DNA of 64,000 nucleotides. Source: Ptychomitrium polyphyllum (lineage: Eukaryota). The position numbers were made by a program, and so were the translations under genes. The notes beneath the pieces were generated by a model. The model saw nothing but the letters and a program-made list of their open reading frames with translations. It did no database searches and was not told the origin of the DNA. The stretch covers positions 16,802,001 to 16,866,000 of the forward strand of contig OZ316775.1 of NCBI GenBank assembly GCA_973851085.1, given 5' to 3'. Below are positions 49,901-62,815 of the stretch, piece after piece. Position 1 is the stretch's first letter, and the number at the start of each line of letters is the position of its first letter.

Positions 49901-52900
49901 GTACAATATGCCACAAGGCCAAAGAACTTGCTTGTGAGGCTTGCATCCAAGGCAAGCAGCAAAGGGCATCGTTTCCAAGTGGAGTGGCAAGTCGTGCAAG
50001 CAAATTGTTGGAGATTGTGCATTCCGACGGGTGCGAGCCTATGAAGACTCCATCCATCAGGGGAGCAAGGTACTTCCTCACCTTCATTGATGATTATTCG
50101 AGGAAAGTATGGGTGTTCATCCTCAAGGCCAAGAGCGAATGCTTTGCAAGATTCAAGGAGTTCAAGGCGCTTGTGGAGAAGCAATGTGAGTCCAAGATCA
50201 AGGTGTTGCGTTCGGATAATGGTGGTGAGTTCTTATCCAAATGTTTTGATGATTTCCTGAGGAATGAAGGCATTGCAAGGCAAACCTCCACTCCATACAC
50301 TCCACAACAAAATGGAGTTGCTGAGAGGGCAAATCGCACCATTGTAGAGATGGCGAGGAGCATGCTTCATGCCCAACATCTTGGACATGAGTTGTAGGCG
50401 GAAGCAGTGGTGAATGCGGTGTACACAAGAAATAGGTGCCCCACAAGTGCCCTTGCATCCATGACCCTTGAAAGAGCTTGGAGTGGTAAAAAGCCTTGTG
50501 TTTCACACATGAGGACCTTTGGATGCCTTGCATATGCAAAGGTTCCAGATTGCATGAGATCCAAGCTTGATGCAAAGGGTACAAAGTGTGTGTTCTTTGG
50601 TTATTGTAAGGGCAGCAAAGCATATAGGTTGATGTGTGTGGAGAGCAAGAAGATCATCAAGAGTCGTGATGTTGAGTTCTTGGAGCACAAGAGTGCTTGT
50701 GAGCACTTGGGGATGTGTCCAAGTGGGAGTAATGGTGTGATTGTGGACACATCCTCCACAACAACCAAGGAAGAAGGTCGAGATGTGGATGGAGGTGAAG
50801 GAACAATGGAGGGGGAGAGCAAGGCGACTTCCACCCTTAAGACCAGCAGAGGAGCCTCACAAGATGATGGTGAGCATCTTCATCCAAGTGAGGAGGATAA
50901 TCTTCTAAGTGAAGGAGAAGGGGATGCATTACAAGAAGAGAGGCCTGCAATGAGTGGTAGGAGGTACCCCATGAGGGAGAGGAAGCCACTTGGTGAATGG
51001 TGGAATAACCACATCTTTCCCAAAGTGAGTGCAGAACATGCCAGTGTTGCCCTCCTTGTTGATCCTTTAATTATGTACGATGCCTTGAAGTCCACGGATG
51101 CAATGAAGTGGGAGAAGGCCATGGAAGAGGAGTACAAGTCGCTCATGGACAATGGCACATGGCACTTGACTCAACTTCCTCCAAATCGTTCTTCCATAGG
51201 TTGTAAGTGGGTGTTTAGAAGCAAGAGGGATGCTTCGGGTGCAATTGTGAGGCACAAGGCAAGGCTAGTTGCCAAAGGATACTCACAAGTTGCTGGTGTG
51301 GACTTCAATGAGACCTTTGCACCTGTGGCCAAGTTCACCACCATTAGGACCATCTTGGCCATAGCGGCGGCAATGGACTTGGAAGTGCACCAGATGGATG
51401 TGAAGACGGCCTTTTCAAATGGAGACTTAGAAGAAGATATCTACATGGAGCAACCTCCAGGGTTTGTACATGAAGGCTTGGAACACCTTGTTTGCAAGTT
51501 GAAGAAGGCCTTGTACGGGCTTAAGCAATCACCAAGGGCATGGTACCAACGCATTGATGCATTCTTTAGAATGGAAGGGTTTGTGAGAAGTGAGGCGGAT
51601 CATTCCTTGTATGTGATGCAGACCATGGAGTTCTTATTGATTGTGATTCTCTATGTGGATGACGTGATCATGTTGGCCAACTTTTTGGAGAAGCTAGAGT
51701 GGCTGAAGGCCAAATTAGAACAGGAGTTTGAGATGAGTGATTTGGGCGAATTACACTATTGTCTTGGAGTGGAATTTGTAAGGGATCGTGCAAAGAGGAC
51801 CATCACCATGAACTAGAGGAAGTACATCGAAGAGGTGTTGAAGCGATTCAACATGGAAGACTGCAAGCCAGTGGGAACGCCTTTGGAAGCTAACTTAAGG
51901 TTGATGAAGCTAAGTGATGAGGAGTATGCTCAAGTGGAAGGTGAAATGCAAGGCGTTCCATACAAGGCCGGAGTTGGATCCCTCATGTATGCCATGGTGG
52001 GTACAAGATTTGATCTTGCATTTTTGGTGAGTGTTGTGAGCCAACACATGTCCAAGGCCGGCTCCATGCACTGGGCAACCATCAAAACGATCATGAGGTA
52101 CTTGAAGGGCACCTTGGACTTTGTGTTGTGTCTGGGAGGTGATAACATTGAGTTGCAGGGATTTTGTGACGCGGATTGGGCTGGAGATGCAAATGATAGG
52201 CGCTCCACAACGGGGTATGTGTTCTTTGTTGGAGTGGGAGCCATCTCTTGGAACTGCAAGAGGCAACCCACAATTGCAAGGTCAACCATGGAGGCGGAGT
52301 ACATGGCGGCAAGTCATGGTGCAATGGAAGCAATGTGGCTGAGGCAACTCTTGGACGACATTGGACTTGTACAACTGGGTGCAACGCCCATCATGTGTGA
52401 CAATCAAGGATGTCTTGCCTTTGCCAAGAATCCCAAGCATCATTCACGAACAAAGAACATCGACATCCAACATCACTTCATAAGAGAGAAGATTGAAGAT
52501 GGAGTGATAGATATGAGGTATTGTACAACAAAAGGCATGCTTGCTGATTTGTTGACAAAAGCATTGGTAAAAGATAGACACCAGTTGCTGACAAGGTCAA
52601 TTGGATTAAAGGCCCTTTGACCAGTAGCAAAGTGGAAGTGTTGCAAAGTATGAAACATATAAAGTAATCCTAGTTGAAGTATCCTTATGTAGGTTTAGAG
52701 CATGATATGTTGCTAATGGTCAAAGGGGTGTGAAGAAAGAGGCCATAGGAGATATGGAGGCTAGGGTATAGAAAAGGCAACAAGGATTTTGTATGGCGGC
52801 TAGAGTTAGGGCGGCCGTTAGGGTTAGGGCGGCCGTTAGGGTTAGGGCGGCCGTTAGGGTTAGGGTGGCGGCTATGGCGGCTAAGGTTAGGGTTAGCCGC

Positions 52901-55030
52901 CACATGTCACTCATATAGTGGAGGCAAATGCATGGCCGCCAAGTGGCACACTTTGGTGGATGACTATCAAGTATAAGTAAAGGGGTTTTGGAAGTGGAAG
53001 TCATCTTGCTTCACACTTCTCTTGTTGCAACTTTGCTTTCTCTCTTCTTGCTTGGTGTACTAGCTTTGTTGCATTTCTTCAATAAGAAGGGGCTGATTTG
53101 ATTGAATGAAGTGCAAAGGTGTGCATTTGAGTCTAGAGTGAGTGGATTTGAGTGTTTGAGTTGTACCTTTGATCATTTGAGCTTAGAAGATACTCGTTTG
53201 AGAAACTTGAGTGAATACTTGCACATCAAAGCCTTGTAGGGGCTGATGTGAGTATTGTAGGTGCTTGCAAGCACGTTGGAGCCTAGAAAAGGCTCAAGTT
53301 GAGTAATTGAGGTGCCTTAGTGCACAATCAAACCTTGGAGGGGCTGATCTTGGCCATTAAAATGTTGTCATGGCCACATTTGAGAGTGAAAGTGCTAGGA
53401 ACATTGACAAATTCAATGGGGAAAACTTTGGCCTTTGGAAGTTCTGCATGGAGATGGTCTTATTGTCCATGGACCTTTGGGATATAGTGGAGGAGACCGA
53501 GGAACCCCTCGCAAGTGATGAAGATCCAAAGGTGATAAAGGAGTACAATTGCCGCGCGAAGAAGGCCTTGTCCGTCGTTGGATTGAGTTTGGTGAATGCC
53601 CAACTTGCGCACATCAAGAGTTGCAAAGGACCAGCGGAAGCATGGAAGGCATTGTGCAACATCCACGAAACAAAGAGCTTGTCCAACATCCTCTTTGTTT
53701 GCCGCAAGTTCTTCACCATCAAGATGCAAGAAGGTGATGATTTGATGGACTACATCAACCATGTAAGGGAGCTTGCGGATCAGCTCACATCCTTCAAGGT
53801 CCCCATGAGAGAAGAAGATGTAGTGATGACATTGCTTGAGAGTTTGCCGCCGTCATTTGAGAACTTAATCATTGCCTTGGAAACGTTATGATTAAAGGAC
53901 CTCACCTTGGAGTTTGTAACGGCAAGAATGATGCATGAAGTGAACAAGCGCAAGGAAAAGGAGAGCCATGGCGATGATGCAGCCTTGTATTCAAAGCAAA
54001 CCAAGGGGGCAGCTCATTTTCACGTGGAAAATCAAGGTTGTATTACAATTGTGGCAAGCCGGGCCACCTTGCACAAAATTGCACCAAACCAAAGAAGTGG
54101 GAGCGCGACAACGCAAACCAAGCAAAGGACATGGAGAATACCAACCATACAAAGGAGGATGATGACTACGCCTTTGCTACTCAAGATGGTCCTCATTCCA
54201 AGTCCACATCCAAGTGGATCATGGATTTGGGCGCCACAAAGCACATGACACCTCATAAGGTGACATTCGATACATATGAGGTAATTAGTCCACGCAACGT
54301 GCATTTGGGTGATGACAGTGTTGTGGACGCCATTGGAGTAGGTTCCATTGTTGTGGAAGTCCTTGTGAAAGGCCATTCGAAGAAGGTCACAATTAAGGAC
54401 GTCCTCCACATGCCCAAGTTGCAAGCAAACTTGCTCTCGGTGAGCAAGCTTGTATCAAGTGGGTTGAAGGTGCAATTCAATGTGCATGGGTGCACATTTA
54501 GGGCACCAAATGGCAATGTACTTGCGGTAGCCCCTCGTCAAGACAACTTGTACCAAGTCACCTTTACAAAGGTGCATGAGGCGGATGCGGCCAATATAGC
54601 ACAATCATCAACATCAAGTGGTGCGATGGAGCTTTGGCATTGCCGACTTGGTCATTTGAATGTGAGAAGTGTGCGTTTTCTTGCAAGTATAGTAAGCGGC
54701 ATGACCCTTGGTAAGGATGAATCATCTATACCGTTTTGTGAAGGATGTGTGCAAAGCAAACAACATAGAGCACCATTTCCAAAGGATGGAGGCACGCGTG
54801 CTATAAAACCTTTGGAGATTGTGTATTTGGATGTGTGTGGCCCGATGAGGACCACCTCTATTAGTGGTGCAAGGTACTTTGTAACCTTCATTGATGACTT
54901 TTCGAGGAGGGTGTGGTTGTACATGTTGAAGACGAAGGAAGAGTGCCTTGAGAAGTTTAAGGAATTCAAGGCACTTGCGGAGACACAATCAAAGCATAAG
55001 ATCAAGGCGTTCCGGTCGGACAATGGTGGG
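46908..55030 (+). mobile_element. Second copia family C2: 5' LTR 46908-47315, PBS, leader interrupted by C1 copy B, gag-PR-INT from 53370, truncated in integrase
   Basis: LTR TGTTG...CAATA followed by GGTTATGGGCCCA (47316-47328). Protein MATFESESARNIDKFNGENF..., CGKPGHLAQNC, WIMDLGATKHM, ending at RSDNGG where plastid DNA begins. Confidence 0.88.
47717..53084 (+). mobile_element. Full-length C1 copia copy B, older and decayed, nested in the C2 leader
   Basis: LTRs 47717-48126 (410 bp) and 52639-53084 (446 bp). TSD AGAAG (47712-47716 / 53085-53089). PBS GGTTATGGGCCCA. gag-pol about 48576-52620 with stops. Confidence 0.96.
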
Positions 55031-55305
55031 GTACTCTTTTTCTTGATCAAATGGGCGGAATAACTATTTCTATGCCTAAATTATTTATTATGTTTAGTAC
55101 TTTTTCAATGGCCTCATTAGCATTATCCGGCATGAGTGGATTTATAGCAGAATTTTTAATTTTTTAGGGATAGTTATTAGTCATAAATATTCTCTTAGTT
55201 TTAAAATATTTATTACAATAATAGAAGCAATTGGAATAATATTAACACCTATTTATTTATTATCAATGCTACATCAAATGTTTTATGGATATAAGTTTTT
55301 TAAAT
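55031..55305 (+). pseudogene. ndhD: Plastid-derived ndhD fragment (NUPT)
   Basis: Translation [44 protein letters not shown], then after a 1-nt deletion GIVISHKYS...[21 protein letters not shown], matches the NdhD C-terminal region. Confidence 0.88.
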
Positions 55306-55318
55306 TTTTTATTTTTTC

Positions 55319-55538
55319 TACTTCAGGAGCTAATGAAACTATTTTAGTAAAATTATATTCTCGTAATTCTCATGCGACGGGGCCAAAAACACACATTCCT
55401 TTAAGATTTCCTTCTTGATTAATAACAACGGTAGCATTATCATCAAATTGTATAATAGTTCCATTTTTATGTTTGAGTTCTTTACAAATTCGGACAACTA
55501 TTGCTTGAACTATTTCCGATTTTTTTAAAGGCATATTG
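55319..55538 (-). pseudogene. rpl14: Plastid-derived rpl14 3' fragment (NUPT)
   Basis: [72 protein letters not shown], a decayed Rpl14. Confidence 0.9.
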
Positions 55539-56360
55539 TTTAATCGTGTAATCAATTAATTAAGGATTTATGGATTATGGGTATGCGACTTGTTTAAATA
55601 AATGAAATTTAAAAATACAAAAAAACTTGTTAGTCTTAAAAGAAAAGATTATTTTATTTTATTAAATGTTAATAAATAAAACATTTATAGCATAAATTTT
55701 GATTAAAATATTAATAAATAATTTTTATTTAAATTAAACTATGATTACATTTTTTTTATTTACTAATTACATTTCGTTACCAAATTTCAAATTTTTTTAT
55801 TTAATAAAAGTTTAAATGGTCATAAAAAAATATTTATTTATTATATAGTTTTTTAATCATTGGAATATAGTAAAAATCTAAAGTTTAATTATCTTTATTA
55901 AATTTCAAACAAAAAAATCTTTAAAAAATTGTTGTTATATTAATAGTATTTAATAAAAAACAAATTTAAAGTAAAAGATTATTCAAAAAAGCAGTTAATA
56001 TAAATAAAGCTAACTTGAGCTAGAATAATAAAAAAAATTCTATATATATTTATATACAATATGTTTTTTTATAGTTAAGCATTTTTAAAAAGTTGTTATG
56101 CTTAGTATGCAACTCGTAAAATTTGATGTTTTTTTAAATCAACGGAAAAAAACTTGATAAATTTTAATATAAACTAGAATTTAGTTCTTTACTTTTTATT
56201 GAAATAACTCAATAAATGAATCACAAAATAAAACAAAAATAATCATTTAAACTCTTTTTTCATAAATAATATTTATGAAGCAAAAAAAACATTTTTTAAT
56301 TAAAAAAATTTAATAATATATTATTAAAGTCGTATGGTTAAATTTAAATTAAAAAAAAGT
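55539..56360. other. Extremely AT-rich tract, probably further plastid-derived fragments
   Basis: Composition and adjacency to ndhD/rpl14 only; no gene recognised. Confidence 0.4.
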
Positions 56361-56457
56361 TCCCTTCACTATTGGCGCTACAAGTCCCAGACGTCACTCC
56401 GAGATCCTCCTTGTGCCCTTAGTGTTGCAAGCATTCCTCAAGAAGAAGTGCACGACA
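56361..56457 (-). repeat. Terminal ~97 bp of a G2 LTR
   Basis: Matches 46785-46880 (...TTGTGCCCTTAGTGTTG...GTGCACGACA). Confidence 0.85.
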
Positions 56458-59400
56458 CATTATTTAAGAACAACTTGGCAATTTCTTCTCTCATTACCGT
56501 TTTGTTGCATGGAACGATATGTGCCATTTTGGTAAACCAATCCACTACTACAAAATAGAATCTTGAGAATTGGAGTTTGGAAGGTTTGTGATAAAATCCA
56601 TTGACAATGACAACCATAGGCCCTTTGGCAGTGGAAGTGGATGGAGGAGACCATGAGGTTGGTGTCTTGGTACCTTGGCCCTCGCACAAGTGTCACATGA
56701 TCGAACAAAGTCCTTCACGTATTTCCACATTTGTAACCATCAATGGTCTCTCGCAATCAATTCCATTGGTTTTTTGAATCCAAAATGCCTTGCTGTTGGA
56801 AAATCATAACGTGCTTGAAGAATCTTCAACCACAAAGGATCTAGAGGTAGGTACAAAAGTCCTTTATAATAAAGTAGGCCCTCTTGAAATTCAAAGTTCT
56901 TATTGTTATTTGAAGGATCTTTGTTGTTTTTAAGGTGCTTCCTTATATTTGAAACAATGACATCATTCTTCAAAGCCTTCAAAATTTTGTCAAGATGAAA
57001 TGTTGGAGTAATAATTGCCGCTTTCAATTGGAAATTCTATAACTTCAATAAAATAATCCTTTGTTGGTCCAAAATATCATCTCAAGATTGAGGAGCTAAA
57101 TAAGATCTTTGAAATAAGGCATCTGACTTATCTTGTGGGCTACTAGGTTGATAGGTAATGACAAAGTCAAATTTGAAAAGCCACATACTCCACCTTACTT
57201 AATGGCGATTTAAAATGTGCAAACTCATGAAATACTCTAAGTTCTTGTGGTCTGTGTATATTGTGATGGTATGTTGAGCCCCTTCTAACAAGTGTTGCCA
57301 TTCTTCAAATGCATCCACAATTGCAAGTAGTTCTTTTTTCATGTATATCATAGTTGATCTTTGCCGCTAAGAACTTCCTTGAACGAAAGACAAGAGGATG
57401 AAGTTTCCTGTCTTCATCCTATTATGAGAATATTGAGCCAAGCGCAAAATCTAAGGCATCCGCTTCCAAATAGAAAGGCTTTGATGGATTTGAATGAATA
57501 AGGATTAAAGCCGACGTAAATGACTTCTTAAGACTTTGAAATGTTTTTTTTGCCTCTATATTCCAAGTGAATTTTTGCTTCTCCATAAGTTGTGTTAATG
57601 GTGCCGCAATCTTGGAATAGTCCTTGATGAATATTCTATAAAAGTTTGCAAATCCCAAGAAGCATTGAACATCTTAGATTGATCTTGGCGTACTCCACTC
57701 TAAGATAGTGCTTGTTTTCTTCTCATCCATATGGTTTCCTCCTTTAAAAATGATGTAGCCTAAAATTGAACCAAGAATTTGTGGAAAAGGCACTTTTCCA
57801 ATTTGGCATATATTCCTTGCTGGCGGAGGTTTTTTAAAACCAGTTACACATGACAGTCATAGTCTTATTCATCCTTTAAATATACAAAAATGCCATCTAA
57901 GTAGATAACTACAAAATCATCCAAGTGTTCATGGAAAATATCATTCATCACATGTTGGAAGACTGCAGGGGCATTTGTAAGGCCAAAAAGCATGATATTG
58001 TATTCAAAATGACCATATCTAGATCAAAAAGTTGTCTTCCCTATGTTTCCTTCTTTGATATATATAAGATTGTAGGTTCTTCTAAGATCAATTTTGGCAA
58101 AGATCCTTTCTGAGGTTTTCATCAATACATTCTCTCAAGGAAGTCAACTCGGTTTGTAATAAACTATAAATAGGTCCAAAAGGTGGTTGGACTTTTTCTT
58201 GCAATTCAATGGCACAATTGCAAGGTCGGTGTTTTGATAATATGTCCACACTCTTCTTTTCATAAACGTTTTTATAATCATGATATTGACAAGGTATATT
58301 TTTATTAGTTTCTATTATAGAATCGGACATTGATGTGGCATAATTGGCATAGATTGGTTCATCTTTTGCCGCTTTCAAGAATGCCTTAGGTCCAGTAAAT
58401 GATGGTTCGAGATTTCTAGTACCTTGACATCTTTTCCTTAAGACTATAATCTATGAATAATAATCAATGTCTAGATTATATAATTCAAATCAAAGAAGGC
58501 CCAAAACAATATTAGTTGTTTAGCATTGAATGATGTTGAAGACAATCTTAGATGCTTGGTTCCTTAAGACAACCTCCAAGGCTTGAGCTTCTTCAATAAT
58601 ATTGCCAAATACAAGAAATTTCCCATCATTAACTTCAACAGCTGCCGGATGTTTTTTGTTCACAAACACCATGTGATATTTGGTTGCAAAAAACTTATCC
58701 ATGAAGCATATTATTGCAGTAGTGTCCAAAAAAGCTTCATTAATTCTTTCATCATTTAATAATTTAATTTAATCGGAAACATAAAGCAAGAGATAGGGAT
58801 TGAAGATAATATGGAACCTTGATTTGATGATCATATTCTTGTGGTGTCTAGTTGCATGGTCTCTACTATGACTAGACAGTCTTGTTTTTCAACACTAATA
58901 TTGTACTTTGAGCCTTAAAGGCATATTCTTTAATTTGGCAATTGCGCACTTTCTGTCTAGACTTGCCACAAAACAAACATAGATTTCTTCTTCAACGCTT
59001 TTCTTTTTCTTCATGCGGTCAAATGTCTAAATTGGACAGCATCAATTTGCATAGATTTTGGTCCTTGTGGTCAGCTATTCAATACTTTTGAAGAAGTGGT
59101 TGCCATACTTTGATGTACTGGTCGCCATTCCAAGCATTGTTCTTGGTGCCTTTCAAATAGTCTATTGTCATATGCTATTGCTTGAGTAATGAATTCATCT
59201 AACGTTTCAACCATTAGCATTGTGAGTAGCAAGTCCTTCACATTATTTCTTAAGCCCCATTAGAATCGTGTGATCAAAGCCTTATCATTCCAATCAAAGT
59301 CGTAAGCTAGTTATCATAACTCTGTAGCATATATAGTAGCTGAGCGCTATCCCTGTTGTAGACTTTGGATCCTTGTTTCAGCCACCCTTTTTTGGTTGGT

Positions 59401-62400
59401 GTCTTCAAAAATAGATATCAACGCTTCTATGAAAGCATCTAAGTTGTTCAATAATAGTGACTGCTTCTCCATTAATGGTACAAACCACAATATTGCATTG
59501 TTTGATAGAAGAGTAGCTACAAATTCCACTTGAGTTGTGCCATCAAGATAGCAAGATTGATACAAACTAAAGAAGAGCCTTACTTGTTGAACAAAGCTTC
59601 TTAACTTTGATTTTGATCCATCAAACTTGTGTAGCATGCTAATCTTTGGCTCCGCATGGGTTTAATGTAAGCCTTGTCTTCCAATATTGGCCTCTCACAA
59701 TCAAACAACCTCATGATATAGACTTTGAATATCACCATTGGATTCTTCAGATTGCCAAGTGTGTTGCTCAAAATTGTTGGTAGTATTGAAGCAAGTAAGT
59801 TCCGCTTGAATTATGTTTAATAACTCTTAAAAGTCTACAATAGTTGCAAACCTAATCTCTAATGTTTTAGACATGTTATCTATTATTTAAGGTTATTAAA
59901 GACAAGAAGATTATGAATATCTTCAAAGGAGGTTAATCCACGTCCTTTAGAAGATTGATTCTTCTTCAAAAGAAGTAGTATTTGGTTTTAGAAGAAGAAA
60001 CTAACTGTATGGTATCAATTTAGAAGAAGTGTAAGATATGAAAATAGCACATTATGGTTTTTTTTCTATAAACATTGTTAAACAATGATATCTGTAAATA
60101 GAATTAGGCCTAATTAGAGCCAACGGACCAAATTAGAAGTATTGTTGATCTTTAAAGAGAGTTTAGTGTAAGGGGGTAGACGTTCATGGCCTATGATAGT
60201 AAAGTCCAATAAATAGAGAGAATTAGAGAAAGAAGAACAAGTTTTTAAAATTAGAAAAGTAGGAACTGAGGTAATTAGGTAAGAGATTACTACTGATTAG
60301 AATTGTAACTAAAAGTAAAATAGTAGTTGAAGCTTAGAATAGCAGCTAAATTTAGAATAATATCTAAGAATAAAATACTAGCTAACTTTAGATTATTTGT
60401 TGAAGTAAATAAAATGGCTAAATTTAGAATATTAGCTAAATATAAAATAATAGCTAAAATCTAGGAATATAGATGAATTTAGAACAATGAATAAAATTAG
60501 AATAATAGCTACATTTAAGTTAGTAGTTGAAATTAAGAAAATTAGCTAAATTTAGATTAGGATTGAATTTTAAACAATAGTTATATTTAGAAAAAATCCA
60601 AAGTATGGATTAGAGTTAAGTGGCCTAGGAATTTCAGCATTCAATGGAAATGAAGTAAGGTAGTGAGGCTCCTTATAAAAGGGGAAGTAAAACAACAAGG
60701 AAAGAGAGTTTTTTTAAGCAAAGTTTAGTAGAGCAAACTACTTAGTCTTTTGAGCAAAGGATAGTTAGACTTAGGATTAGATTTTGGAAGTAGCTAGATC
60801 ATTAATTTTACATAAGTAGTTTGAGAACAGAAGAAGTAGATATTTAAAATAAAACTTTTACGGTGTAGAAGAGTTTAGGTATCCAATAATTAGAAGTTTT
60901 CTTAGGGAATTAGAATTTTAGAAACATAGGGAGGCGGCTAGGAGAAGGAGAGGTTGACTAAAAGTAGGATAAAAGTAGGCAAAAAAATGGCTAACTTTGA
61001 ACCGCCATAATTAACTATAGTATTAGAGGTTAAATTTGAAATTTTGAACGTTGGTGGACCTTGAAGCTAGCTATTCAACAAGCTAAAGGGAGCACAATTC
61101 CAAGATTTGACAAGGCAATGGAGCGAGATCAATAGCCAAGGGGTCTGCAGCCTAAAGCCAGGGCAAACCGAACCTAGTCCAAACCTTGATGAAACATAAC
61201 TTTGTTGTCACCTATCAAAATACTATGATTTTGGTTGGAAGTATAGCATCTTGAAGTTAGCTTTTCAATAAGCTAAAAGAGGCACAATTTCAAGACTTAG
61301 CAAGATGAAAGCAAGCAATTGAGCGCTAAGGTGTCTGCAGCCCTCCGTGGAAGTTAGAGTTAGTATTTTGTTGTTTTATGTTGTTGATGTTAGGCCCTTC
61401 GGCTGATATATTCTCTTTTGAATTTTTGTGGATTACTAGCCATTTGAAGCCTAAAGCTTTGAAATTAGGAATGATATTGATCTTGATTAGAGTTGAAATC
61501 ACAATGACAAGATAAATTTCTCCTAATTATGTTATTGGACTTTATCATCTTCTATTTAGCCTTTTATTTAGCCACATGCCTTTTAATTAGTTAATCCTTA
61601 TAAGTTGGAAGGTGGCCACTTACAAGGGAAGGTAGATTTTTAGCTCGTGAAAATAATTGGATAAATTAACTTAAACTACAACACATTGAGGACTACTTGG
61701 ACAATTAGTCTTCCCAATTAGTGGGAGGTTTTTATTTGGTTCACAAGAGGATAATTTGCAACCTCCAAGACGCTATGGGATCCTAAAGAAGATGGATAAT
61801 CCACTATCTTTTTTAAAGAACCTTAGCTTTGACAAAGATTAAGAGTAATCATACCAAATTATTAGAGACACAAGAAACAAAAAGCAGAGACAAAGTGTTT
61901 CCTAAGAATTAACTTCCAAAGAGCTAATGATTAATAAGAACTTGATACAAAAACTAGAACAAGGCACGATATAAGATGATTCACAACTTGTGTTGGCAAG
62001 ACTAAGGAATACCTTGTCTTGCCTCCTATTTATATTATGATGCTTGTATCTCCTAGGATACTTCTAAAAAAGCTTCCTATAAGGCTTTAAAATGTTCTAG
62101 AAGTCTATAGAACCTTCCTAAGAAGTTTCCTAAGATAATGGAATCTTCCTAAGAAGCTTCCAAGGAATTCAAACGTTCCTTGGGAGTTTTCTAAGGTGGT
62201 GGAATCTTTTTAAGAAGTTTCCTAAAGAGATAGAACCTTTCTAGAAAATTTCTTGAGGTAATAAAACTTTCACAGAAAGTTTCCTGAGATGATGGAACCT
62301 TCTGAGGAAATTTCCTAAAAATGTAGAAATGGCTATAGAGACATTTGGAAGTATTCTAAAAAGCTACTATAATATACTAAAAGGTTTGAGAAGGTTTTAA

Positions 62401-62431
62401 AGACTATGTTGCATGATCTATTTTTGTGACA
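56458..62431 (-). mobile_element. G1 copy 3: degenerate, 3'-truncated, with 5' LTR 61860-62431, leader interrupted by a solo LTR, gag and pol to mid-integrase
   Basis: Minus-strand ORF fragments MLHKFDGSKSKLRSF, MGFANFYRIFIKDYSK, MWKYVKDFVRSCDTC. The LTR is the reverse complement of the G1 LTR. Confidence 0.9.
60030..61745. mobile_element. 1.7-kb solo LTR of a different gypsy-like family inserted in the G1 copy 3 leader
   Basis: TGTAA...TCACA ends. TSD AGAAG (60025-60029) / AGAGG (61746-61750). G1 leader sequence resumes on both sides. Internal AGCTAAATTTAGAAT tandem array at 60300-60590. Confidence 0.75.
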
Positions 62432-62815
62432 CCATGTTTGTATTTTATTAGTGGAAAATCTCTCTACCTTCATTCAATTTAAATTCCAATTTAACTTAAA
62501 ACTACCAATGAATCTAATTTTGAAAAATTATCCTTCTTTTTCTAATTCATCCATTTTTTTATTTGTAATAGATGAAAACTTTTAAGAACTACCTAATTTG
62601 CAAACTATATTCCTTACCAATGTACTACTTTGTAAATATAGCATCTTAGCCTTACTTAGGCTTAATTCCAACTAATGATATTATTATTCATTAATTTTAA
62701 ACAAAAACAACAAAATAAACTCATTTCACAGCTCACACAGGCTTTTGGCATTAAGAAATACTATTGATGAAAACTTAGCCAAGAACTTCATTTGAAATAC
62801 AAATTCTCCTATTGA

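Noticed and set aside
55539..55620. Assignment to matK or ycf1
   Set aside because: Only a weak LITRL / LINRL-like resemblance; cannot be supported without a search.
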